NCBI GenBank assembly: GCA_964549125.1
Contig: CAZJUD010000075.1
Span: 1-31,838 of the forward strand
Source of the DNA: an uncultured Caldimicrobium sp.
GTDB taxonomy: Bacteria > Desulfobacterota > Thermodesulfobacteria > Thermodesulfobacteriales > Thermodesulfobacteriaceae
Direction of reading: 5' to 3'
DNA: 31,838 bases
Part shown: one piece after another, positions 16,736-24,859 of the stretch
Numbering within the stretch: the first letter of the stretch is position 1
Layout of the letters: each line of letters begins with the position of its first letter
Notes under the pieces: generated by a model
Told to the model about the DNA's origin: nothing
What the model saw: the letters and a program-made list of their open reading frames with translations, nothing else
Database searches by the model: none
Position numbers and translations under genes: made by a program

Positions 16736-17757
16736 TAAGACATCTAAGGTTGGGGGTGATTGGACTTGGGCATCTTGGAAGGTATCACGCAGAAAAGGTC
16801 GCTCAAATTTCTCTCACAGGTCTCGGGGGCAAGTCTATTCTGACATCCCACGAAGAGGCTCCTAAGGTTGAGCTTAAAGGTATCTGCGACATAAACGAAG
16901 AGCGTTTAGAGGAGGTGGCAAATCTTCTTTTAGAAGGCTATGGACTAAAGCCCTTTAAAACTAAGAACTTTGAAGAGGTCTTACCACTTGTTGACGCCGT
17001 AATAGTTGCTACTCCAACATCCATCCACTATGAGGTGGTTAAAAAAGCTTTGCTTGAAGGTAAGGCTGTTCTGGTGGAAAAGCCTTTGACCGCAGACCTT
17101 AGCGAGGCTAAAGAACTTGTCAAGCTTGCGGAGGATAAAGGGTTACTTCTTCAGGTTGGTTATGTAGAGCGTTTTCAAAGGGTGATAGAGGAGCTATGCC
17201 AGAGGGTTAGGGACCCTATTTTCATTGAAGCTCATAGGATCGGAAGCTTTGCCGAAAGGAACCTTGACATTGATGTGGTTCTTGACCTAATGGTTCATGA
17301 CCTTGATTTACTTTTTCTCTTTAAAAATCCTGAAGACCTTGAGTTTATCCATGCCGTTGGAGCTCCAGTTTTTACCGAAAAGCCAGACATTGTAAACGCA
17401 AGGCTTGTTTTCAAGGATGGAACAACCTGCAACCTTACTGCAAGTAGAATTTCCCTTTCCAGGCAGAGGAAATTCCGAGTGTTTGCCAAGGGAGCCTATT
17501 TCCGAGTAGATACCCTTGAAAAATCTTTGGTTCAGGTGCTTATAGACCCAAAAAAACGCGATTACCGTATCGAAAGGCTTCACTTTCCCGATGATGACCC
17601 TCTCTTGAAAGAGGTAGTAGCCTTTGTTGAGGCTGTGTTAGGTTTAAAAGAGCCCAGGGCAGAGGCTAAGGATACTTTGGCATCTTTAGAGGTGGCTCTA
17701 AGAATTAAGTCTGAGGTGGAGGCTAACCTTAGAAGGTATAAAAATTTTAAAAAATGA
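16732..17757 (+). CDS. gnnA: Gfo/Idh/MocA oxidoreductase, GnnA-like (UDP-GlcNAc 3-dehydrogenase)
   Basis: GVIGLGHLG, ATPT..H, VEKP, VGYVERF, DVVLDLMVHDLD, TASRIS. GTGA overlap with lpxI and GGAGG upstream. The GnnA call rests on its position inside the lpx cluster. Confidence 0.7.
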   Translation: MIRHLRLGVIGLGHLGRYHAEKVAQISLTGLGGKSILTSHEEAPKVELKGICDINEERLEEVANLLLEGYGLKPFKTKNFEEVLPLVDAVIVATPTSIHYEVVKKALLEGKAVLVEKPLTADLSEAKELVKLAEDKGLLLQVGYVERFQRVIEELCQRVRDPIFIEAHRIGSFAERNLDIDVVLDLMVHDLDLLFLFKNPEDLEFIHAVGAPVFTEKPDIVNARLVFKDGTTCNLTASRISLSRQRKFRVFAKGAYFRVDTLEKSLVQVLIDPKKRDYRIERLHFPDDDPLLKEVVAFVEAVLGLKEPRAEAKDTLASLEVALRIKSEVEANLRRYKNFKK

Positions 17758-17767
17758 ACAATACCCC

Positions 17768-18916
17768 ATGAAAATCTTAGTCATAACCGGTGAACTCTCA
17801 GGAGACCTTTACGCCTATCTCTTAGTCAAAAAGCTAAAAGAACTGCTTCCCTCTTTGCATTTCATAGGGATTGGTGGTCCAAGATTGAGAAGCCTTGATG
17901 TAGACATTCTCTTTTCAGCAGAACCTTTGTCTTTGGTTGGTATACCTGACTTTTCAAGGCTAAGAAAGTATTTGTTTGTCTTAAATCGGATTAAAGAACT
18001 TCTCAGGAAAAGGCAGGTTGACTTGGTTTTGCTCGTTGATTTTCCTGGTTTTAACTTGAGGATCGCCAAGTTTGCCAAAGGGCTTGGTTATCCGGTTGTC
18101 TATTTTGTTGCCCCTCAGGTTTGGGCTTGGTATAGAAGGAGGATCAACCTTCTTAGAAGGTATGTGGACCTTCTCTATGTGGTCCTACCCTTTGAAGAGG
18201 AATTCTTTAAGAGCCATGGGGTTCGGGCAAAGTATTTCGGGCATCCTCTACTTGATGTAGTAAAATCTCATCTTTCAGCAGAGCTTTTCTATGAGGTCTA
18301 CGGTTTTAAAGAGGATGTGCCTATAGTTAGCTTCTTTCCAGGAAGTAGGGAGTCTGAGGTTGCAAGGCACATTCCGGCCTTTCTTGATGTGTATCGTAGG
18401 TTAAAGGAAAGGGGTGTTGAAGTTCAAGGGATAATGGTAAAAGCCTTGGGCTTGAAGGAGAGCCCTCTTTGGGAAGAGGCAAGGCGCGTCTTTAAAGTGC
18501 TTGAGAGCATGCAGTATGATGTTCTTAAACATTCTGATTTGGCGGTTTTAGCATCTGGCACCATTACCCTTGAAGCTGGTTTGATCGGGACTCCATCGGT
18601 TGTAGTCTACAGCCTTCCTCAATTAGTTTATCATTTGGCTAAACGGTTGGTTAAAGTTCCCTTTATCAGTCTCCCAAATCTTATCCTGCAAAAGCCTGTC
18701 TATCCCGAGATTATCGTGGAGAGGGAAGGAGTAAAGGGATTGGCAAAGGCAGTTGAGGAGGTTCTTTTTGATGAAGAGAAGCGAAAGGAGATGAAGGAGG
18801 CTCTAACGAGGCTTCCGAGTGAGGTTGGTCCCCCGGGAGCAATCTTTCGAATTGCTGAAGATTTTATTACCTTTATCGAGCTTATTAAGCATCAACGCCG
18901 TAGCTTGACAAGCTAA
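17768..18916 (+). CDS. lpxB: Lipid-A-disaccharide synthase
   Basis: TGELSGD, VDFPGFNL, YFVAPQVWAW, LPFE, GHPL, PGSRESE, ASGTITLE, SLPNLI. Confidence 0.96.
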   Translation: MKILVITGELSGDLYAYLLVKKLKELLPSLHFIGIGGPRLRSLDVDILFSAEPLSLVGIPDFSRLRKYLFVLNRIKELLRKRQVDLVLLVDFPGFNLRIAKFAKGLGYPVVYFVAPQVWAWYRRRINLLRRYVDLLYVVLPFEEEFFKSHGVRAKYFGHPLLDVVKSHLSAELFYEVYGFKEDVPIVSFFPGSRESEVARHIPAFLDVYRRLKERGVEVQGIMVKALGLKESPLWEEARRVFKVLESMQYDVLKHSDLAVLASGTITLEAGLIGTPSVVVYSLPQLVYHLAKRLVKVPFISLPNLILQKPVYPEIIVEREGVKGLAKAVEEVLFDEEKRKEMKEALTRLPSEVGPPGAIFRIAEDFITFIELIKHQRRSLTS

Positions 18917-18932
18917 AAGAAATGGGGATACT
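18901..18932 (+). promoter_or_regulatory. Candidate sigma70 promoter of purH with a palindrome over the -35 box
   Basis: TTGACA at 18905-18910 and GATACT at 18927-18932 (16-nt spacer). Perfect 7-1-7 inverted repeat TAGCTTG-A-CAAGCTA at 18901-18915. GGAGG precedes ATG 18965. Confidence 0.45.
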
Positions 18933-18964
18933 TAAGGATAAACCCTCTACCAAGGAGGTATACC

Positions 18965-20257
18965 ATGGCTGAAGACCTAAAGAAGATGTATCGGACCATC
19001 GTTACCGACCATTTTCCGAACGAGCTTCGTATAACCTTTGGTGATCAGACCTTGATCTACAAGAAGCGAACTTGGGACCTTGAGGTAGCACCAGGGGAGA
19101 TCGAAAGAAGAGGTTTGCGCTACGGAGAAAACCCAGACCAGGAGGCAGCCCTCTATGAATTGGTGGCTGGAAACCTTATTCTTGGAGAATGTGAATTCAT
19201 TAAGCCTGGGTTAGGTTTGGTCTCAAGCCTTAAGGAATCTGATTTTATTCAGTTTGGGAAACATCCAAGCAAAACCAATCTTACCGATGTGGACAACTCT
19301 TTAAACATCATGCGTTATCTCATGGAGAAGCCTTGCTGTATAATTGTTAAGCACAACAACCCCTGTGGTGTAGCCTACGGATCAACCCTTGAAGAGGCTT
19401 TTCTGAGGGCTTTTAGTGCAGACAGGGTTGCTGCCTTTGGCGGAGCTATAACTCTTAACCGACCTGTAGACAAAGCCACAGCAGAAGCCATTGTGGAGCA
19501 CTACTTTGAAGTCCTTGCCGCCCCTGATTTTGAAGAAGGAGCTATAGACATCTTGACAAAGAGAAAGGATTTAAGGATCATCCGCATAAAAAGAATGGAC
19601 CGCCTGGTGGAGTATGCCAACTATCCTGTTGTAGAGTTCAAAAGTTTGATGGATGGCGGGCTTATCATTCAAGTTTCTCAGAAAAATCGCATAAGAAGCA
19701 AGGAAGACCTAAAGCCAGCAGTAGCGGTCAAGGACGGTGTAGAATACCGTTGCGTAAGAGAGCCTGACGAGAGAGAGATTAGAGATATGATCTTTGGCTG
19801 GGCGGTTGAGCTTGGAGTAACTTCAAACTCCGTTCTTTTTGTTAAGGATGAAAGGACGGTTGCTATTGGAACAGGTGAGCAGGATAGGGTTGGTTGCACC
19901 GAGATTGCCATCTTCAAAGCCTACAGAAACTATTCTGACTGGCTATGCTATCAAAAGTACCGTATTTCCTACAAACAGCTTGAGCTTGAGGTCGAGAGGG
20001 GCCTTAGACCAAAAGAGGAGAAGGAGGAAATAGACGAGGAAACGAGGAAGAACAAGGCTGGGCTTATCGGCGCTGTGATGGTGTCTGATGGCTTTTTGCC
20101 CTTTAGGGATGCTGCGGATGTTGCCATAAGGCAGGGTATCACAGCCATCCTCCAGCCTGGTGGCTCAGTTAGAGACTGGGAGGTTATCCAGGCTTGCAAT
20201 GAAGCCTATCCTCCCGTAGCCATGATGTTTACTGGACAGAGGGCTTTTAAACACTAA
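18965..20257 (+). CDS. purH: PurH-like AICAR transformylase lacking the N-terminal IMP cyclohydrolase (MGS-like) domain
   Basis: RYGENPDQ by about residue 55 (about residue 200 in full PurH), KHNNPCG, AFGG, SNSV, GTGEQDRV, SDGFLPF, QPGGSVRD, RAFKH. Confidence 0.85.
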   Translation: MAEDLKKMYRTIVTDHFPNELRITFGDQTLIYKKRTWDLEVAPGEIERRGLRYGENPDQEAALYELVAGNLILGECEFIKPGLGLVSSLKESDFIQFGKHPSKTNLTDVDNSLNIMRYLMEKPCCIIVKHNNPCGVAYGSTLEEAFLRAFSADRVAAFGGAITLNRPVDKATAEAIVEHYFEVLAAPDFEEGAIDILTKRKDLRIIRIKRMDRLVEYANYPVVEFKSLMDGGLIIQVSQKNRIRSKEDLKPAVAVKDGVEYRCVREPDEREIRDMIFGWAVELGVTSNSVLFVKDERTVAIGTGEQDRVGCTEIAIFKAYRNYSDWLCYQKYRISYKQLELEVERGLRPKEEKEEIDEETRKNKAGLIGAVMVSDGFLPFRDAADVAIRQGITAILQPGGSVRDWEVIQACNEAYPPVAMMFTGQRAFKH

Positions 20258-20280
20258 AATTAACCATTATAATTTTATTT

Positions 20281-20318
20281 AGCCCCTCGGCTCTCTTAAC
20301 CTCGGGGGGCTTCATTTT
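20281..20318 (+). terminator. Candidate intrinsic terminator between purH and greA
   Basis: Stem AGCCCCTCGG / TCGGGGGGCT (10 bp including two G-U), 11-nt loop, followed by TCATTTT. Confidence 0.5.
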
Positions 20319-20342
20319 AGAAATTCTTTAGAGGGAGTGGCT

Positions 20343-20810
20343 ATGAAGATACCTATTACGCCTGAGGGGTTTGAGAAGCTTAAAAGGGAGCTTGAGAGGT
20401 TGATCAAAGTTGAAAGAAAAGAAGTGGTGAAAGCTATAGAAGAGGCAAGGGCTCACGGAGACATCTCAGAGAACGCAGAGTATGAATCCGCAAAGGAAAG
20501 ACAGGCTTTTATTGAAGGGAAGATCCAGGAGCTTTCAAGCCTTCTTTCTCAGGTTGAAGTGCAACCACCCCTGAAGGAGGTTCCAGAGAAGGTTCAGTTT
20601 GGCGTAGTTGTTAAACTTTTAAACCTTGACACAGAAGAGGTCGTTACTTACAGGATCGTTGGTCCTTATGAGGCAGACCCGTCAGAGGGAACGATCTCCG
20701 TCAACTCTCCTTTAGCCCGGGCTTTAATCGGAAAGGAAATCGGTGATGTAGTCAAAGTTAAAACTCCATCTGGCGAAAAGCGCTACGAAATTTTGGACAT
20801 TGACATTTGA
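20343..20810 (+). CDS. greA: Transcription elongation factor GreA
   Basis: PITPEGFEKL, ARAHGDISENAEY, YRIVGPYEADP, ISVNSPLARALIGK. ATG 20343 or GTG 20337. Confidence 0.97.
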   Translation: MKIPITPEGFEKLKRELERLIKVERKEVVKAIEEARAHGDISENAEYESAKERQAFIEGKIQELSSLLSQVEVQPPLKEVPEKVQFGVVVKLLNLDTEEVVTYRIVGPYEADPSEGTISVNSPLARALIGKEIGDVVKVKTPSGEKRYEILDIDI

Positions 20811-20890
20811 CCTGAAAAGGCCTTTGCACAAACCCTGCTAAGCCCTTTAGAAGGAGCTTAAAGAAAAACAAAAGGTCAGTAAAAGATTGA

Positions 20891-22534
20891 ATGCCCCTTG
20901 GAAAACCCTTCTATCCCTTTCCAATCCTTCTTATCCTCTTGATTTTTCTCTTAGTCTCTTCTCAAACCTTTTCCTTTACTTTGAAGTCTTTTAAGCAAAA
21001 CGGCAAAAAAAAAGAGGTTCCTTTGCTTACTACTGGAAAGCCTGAGGGCTGTCTTTTCTGCCACGACGAGAAGGTTGAGGAGAAGGTGCATGCCCGGGAG
21101 ATGCTTGGTTGTTCAAGCTGTCATCTTGGAAACCCTTTAACAGTAGATTACCGTGCGGCTCACAAAGGCGTGGTTAAGAATCCTTCAGACTTAAGGATTG
21201 TCCACAAGACCTGCGGTCAGGCAAACTGCCACCCACAAGACCTAAACAAGGTGAAAAATAGCCTTATGGCTACAAACCATGGCATCCTTGTTAGGCTTCT
21301 AAAGGTCTTTGGAGAAGAGGCAATCCTTAAGGAACATCCAAACATCAGCGTAGAAGACTTATACAGCCTTAGGACCTCATCCCTTGCCCTGGATTACTTC
21401 AAGAAGCTCTGCGGCTCCTGCCACCTTTTTCTGGAAAAGGGAAGGCTTCCCGATTTTTTGGCAGAAAAGGGAGGTGGATGCTCAGCCTGCCATCTTGTTG
21501 GTAATAAAGAAGATTTAAAAAACCGCAAGCTTCATCCTCGTCTTACAGCAAAGATCCCTCTTGAGAAGTGTGTTCTCTGCCACAACCGTAGTGGAAGGAT
21601 CGGCTTTACCTATCAGGGGCTCTATGAGGATGAGCAGAGCGGGGAGGGTGAGGTGGTATACATCGACGGAAGAAAGCTACGAAAGATCAAGCCTGATGTT
21701 CATTATAAGGCAGGGCTTCACTGCATTGATTGCCATACAAGGGATGAGGTCATGGGGAACGGAACCTTCTATCGTAAGATTGAGGATGCCCTGCAGGTTG
21801 ATTGCGAAACCTGTCACTTAAGAAAAGGCTTAACTAAGGCTGGAACAAGGCTTGCAAACATCGTAGAAAGGGATGGGAAGGTTTTTCAGAAGGGAAAGGT
21901 TGATGAAAGGTGGCATTTAGTTAAGGCTCCTTCAAAGGACTGTCAGGATAGGTATCACAGGAGGCTATCCTGCTCAGCCTGCCATGCTAAGTATGTTCCT
22001 CAATGCTACGGCTGTCATGTAAGGTATGATCCGAGGGAGAGACACCTTGACAAGATCCTTGCAAGAGAAACAAAGGGGCTTTGGGAGGAGCATGAGTCCT
22101 ATCGCCGGATTGATGAGCCAACTCTTGCAGTAAAAAAAGACAAGATTGTTGTGGTTACTCCAGGTTGACAGGATTTTGTGTCTATCCTCTCGGAGGAGGG
22201 GAAGTTAGCTCGCTACTTTGAAAGCATTACCTTTGCTCAGATTGAGCCCCATTCAACGCAAAGAAAGGGCCGATCTTGTAAAGATTGCCATCAAAACCCT
22301 AAGGCAATCGGACTTGGCTACCGAGAGGGATTGGATAGGCTATCCCGGGTTGGGGACCGTGAGGGAAGGGCTTTGGTTAAGTTTAACCGTGAAGGACTAA
22401 GACCCTTCACCAAGGAGGAGTTAGAGAGAGTCCTAAAGGTTGGGCTTTGTTTGTCCTGCCATGAAGAAAGGGATAGAATTTTTAAGAGCTGGAGGAGCGA
22501 TTTAAAATGTCCAAGGTTAAAGACCTTACCTTGA
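20891..22534 (+). CDS. Multiheme c-type cytochrome (11 CxxCH plus 1 CX4CH), probable selenoprotein with in-frame TGA at 22166-22168
   Basis: Track ORFs 20891-22168 and 22178-22534 are in one frame, joined by GGT-TGA-CAG-GAT-TTT-GTG (TPG-U-QDFV). N-terminal signal/anchor, 9 CxxCH plus CGQANCH before the TGA and 2 CxxCH after it. SECIS-like hairpin downstream. Confidence 0.8.
22182..22208 (+). promoter_or_regulatory. Putative bacterial SECIS element
   Basis: TCCTCTC-GGAG-GAGGGGA (22185-22202): 7-bp stem with one G-U, G-initiated tetraloop starting 23 nt after the TGA. Extendable by CTA/TAG pairing (22182-22184 with 22206-22208). Confidence 0.65.
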
Positions 22535-23544
22535 TGACAGGGCTTGAAAAGATCTATGGGTGCGGAGCCTTAAACTGGGATATCTTCTTTGAGGTGCCCT
22601 CCCTTGAAGTTTTGCAAAACATCCCCTCAGTTGATTTTGAAGTAAAGCCTGGGGGCGAAGTTGCAGTCAGCCGAGAAAAATTTTTGAAGATCCTTTCTGA
22701 GCTTGAAAAAAATGGGAAAAGGGTCTTTTCTTGCGGAGGGGGATCCTCGGCAAACACCATCTTTGCCCTATCCCAGCTTGGTTTTCACGCTGGCTTTATT
22801 GGGGTTTGTGGCTTTGATGACTTTGGCGAGCTTGTTTTGAGGGAGCTTTCCCGAGCTAAAGTTGATTTAAGCCTTGTTGAAAGGTATGGAGAGACAAGCT
22901 TAGCTTTGATCATCCTTGATCATTCACGAGATCGTTTTATTATCGTTAGTCCTGGCTCAGCTGAAGCCTTATTCCAAAAAGAAACCTTCCTTTCCCGTGC
23001 AAAAGAAAGGCTTCTTAAGGAAAGAGCCCTTCTTCATCTATCGTCCCTTGCAAGCCTTGAAGGGCAGAATTTTCAAAAAAGGCTTCTTCTTGAGCTTTCC
23101 CCGAAGGAAAGGATAGACCTTTTTGTTTCCTTTGACCCAGGGCAGGTCTACGCTAAGAAAGGTAGGCATTTTCTTTTAGAGTTTCTTCCCTATGTAGATA
23201 TTTTATTTGCCACTGAGGATGAGCTTTTAGAGGCAAGGCTCGATACTAAGGAAATTTTTAGTCATTCAGTCCTTGTCCTTTTTCTAAAGAAGGGGAAAAG
23301 GGGTGCTAAGGCATTAGGCAAAGATTTTGAGTTTTCGCAAGATGCTATTCCGACGGAAAAGATAGTTGATAACACTGGGGCTGGTGATTACTTCAACGCC
23401 GGAGTTTTAGCTGGCTTAATGCTTGGGAAAACCCTTGATAAAGCCTTACATCTTGGTGCTCTTCTTGCAAGCCTAAGTCTTTCTGATTATGGAAGAAGGG
23501 GCATCCTATTTATAAATAGGCAAAATTTATTAAAATGTGAATAG
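22534..23544 (+). CDS. PfkB/ribokinase family sugar or nucleoside kinase
   Basis: GCGALNWD, GGSSANT, GFIG..G.DDFG, FDPG, DNTGAGDYFNAG. ATG 22534 overlaps the cytochrome stop (TGATG); the track start is 22507. Confidence 0.88.
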   Translation: MTGLEKIYGCGALNWDIFFEVPSLEVLQNIPSVDFEVKPGGEVAVSREKFLKILSELEKNGKRVFSCGGGSSANTIFALSQLGFHAGFIGVCGFDDFGELVLRELSRAKVDLSLVERYGETSLALIILDHSRDRFIIVSPGSAEALFQKETFLSRAKERLLKERALLHLSSLASLEGQNFQKRLLLELSPKERIDLFVSFDPGQVYAKKGRHFLLEFLPYVDILFATEDELLEARLDTKEIFSHSVLVLFLKKGKRGAKALGKDFEFSQDAIPTEKIVDNTGAGDYFNAGVLAGLMLGKTLDKALHLGALLASLSLSDYGRRGILFINRQNLLKCE

Positions 23545-23546
23545 TC

Positions 23547-24854
23547 ATGAAGGGGATAAAGTTTGGCGATTTTTATTTTGAAGAGCGAGAGGTTTTTCAG
23601 GTAGTTGTGGAACCATCTGGCGTGGAAGACATCTCTTGGACAAAGGAAGAAGGGATAAGCTTAAGGCTCATCTCAGATGACCTGAGCATAAACTTTCAAT
23701 ACACAGCTGGAAGAGAAAACATTAAAAGCTTTCTCTTAGAGGGTGCCAAACATTTTCCAAGGGATAGTGTATCTGAATTTTTAGCCTTAACATCCTCACC
23801 TTCTTCAAACTTAGGACTTGTCGTCTCAGACCTTGTGAAATCTCTCATTAACATAGCTAAGGCTTCTTTGGTTTCTCAGCATATAAAGCACTACAGACTT
23901 CAGTTTTCTACTGTTATAAAGAAAGTTGGTATCCTAACAACGGAGGAGAATTTAGTCTTTGAAGAGAGGTTTTACACTCGGGGTATAGCCTTTTGTGTTG
24001 CTGAGAAGAATGGGAGGCTTGAGCGGGGCTATGAAGTGCTTGCTTATGCCCTTCCTTTTCAAGAGATAAAGCTTGAAGACTTTGAGGGACTTTGTGAGAG
24101 AGCTGGAAGAAGGGCTGAGCTCATGCTTAGTTCAAGGAGAGTTAAGGCTGGGGTAATGCCTGTAGTGCTTTGCTCCTCTGCTGGTGGGACTATGATCCAC
24201 GAGGCGGTAGGTCATGGTCTTGAGGCTGACCATGCCGAGGAAGGTCTATCCGTCTACTCAGGAAGGATGGGTGAAAGGGTAGCAAGCCCGTTGATTACCG
24301 TAATTGACGACCCCACTCTTTCCCCTCTCTATGGTTCCTATCAGTATGATGATGAAGGAACGAAGGCAAAGCCCGTCATCCTCATCGAAAAGGGTGTACT
24401 CAAGGATTTTCTCTATGATAAGTATCAGGCTTTGAAGTGGGGAAAAACTCCAAACGGAAGGGGGAGGAGAGAATCCTTTAGGCACATACCTATACCTCGC
24501 ATGTCAAACACCTTCATTGCCAAGGGAGAAACTCCGGCTGAAGAGATTATAAAAAGCTTAGACAAAGGTTTGCTCGTCAAGAAGATGGGTGGCGGAGAAG
24601 TCAACCCTTTAACAGGAGACTTTGTGTTTGAAGTAAGGGAAGGTTACTATGTAGAAGGAGGAGAGGTGCTTTTTCCGGTTAAGGGGGCAACCCTTGTTGG
24701 CAATGGACCGAAGGTCCTTGAGATGATCGACCTTGTTGGTGAGGACCTCCATTTTGACCCTGGGACCTGTGGAAAAGATGGGCAAGGTGTCCCTGTTTCA
24801 GATGGACAGCCAACCTTAAGGGTCCCTGAGCTTACCGTAGGTGGGGAGAGCTAA
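23547..24854 (+). CDS. tldD: TldD-family metalloprotease
   Basis: MIHEAVGHGLEAD (HExxGH), DDEG, GRGRRES, PRMSNT, GGGEVNP, CGKDGQGVPVSDGQPT. Confidence 0.9.
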   Translation: MKGIKFGDFYFEEREVFQVVVEPSGVEDISWTKEEGISLRLISDDLSINFQYTAGRENIKSFLLEGAKHFPRDSVSEFLALTSSPSSNLGLVVSDLVKSLINIAKASLVSQHIKHYRLQFSTVIKKVGILTTEENLVFEERFYTRGIAFCVAEKNGRLERGYEVLAYALPFQEIKLEDFEGLCERAGRRAELMLSSRRVKAGVMPVVLCSSAGGTMIHEAVGHGLEADHAEEGLSVYSGRMGERVASPLITVIDDPTLSPLYGSYQYDDEGTKAKPVILIEKGVLKDFLYDKYQALKWGKTPNGRGRRESFRHIPIPRMSNTFIAKGETPAEEIIKSLDKGLLVKKMGGGEVNPLTGDFVFEVREGYYVEGGEVLFPVKGATLVGNGPKVLEMIDLVGEDLHFDPGTCGKDGQGVPVSDGQPTLRVPELTVGGES

Positions 24855-24859
24855 GCAAG

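Noticed and set aside
20808-20890. Sec read-through of the greA TGA, or of the TGA directly before the cytochrome ATG
   Set aside because: GreA is already full length and no SECIS-like hairpin follows. The frame upstream of 20891 has no start codon or protein-like content.
22166-22168. TGA read as Trp or Gly through an alternative genetic code
   Set aside because: TGA acts as an ordinary stop at the expected ends of greA, purF, lpxI, tusA and the UbiD gene, and Trp is encoded by TGG throughout, so the code is standard.
22178-22534. Separate 118-aa diheme cytochrome starting at GTG 22178
   Set aside because: No signal peptide, only a weak and closely spaced SD, and it is in frame with the upstream cytochrome. 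It is better explained as that protein's C-terminus.
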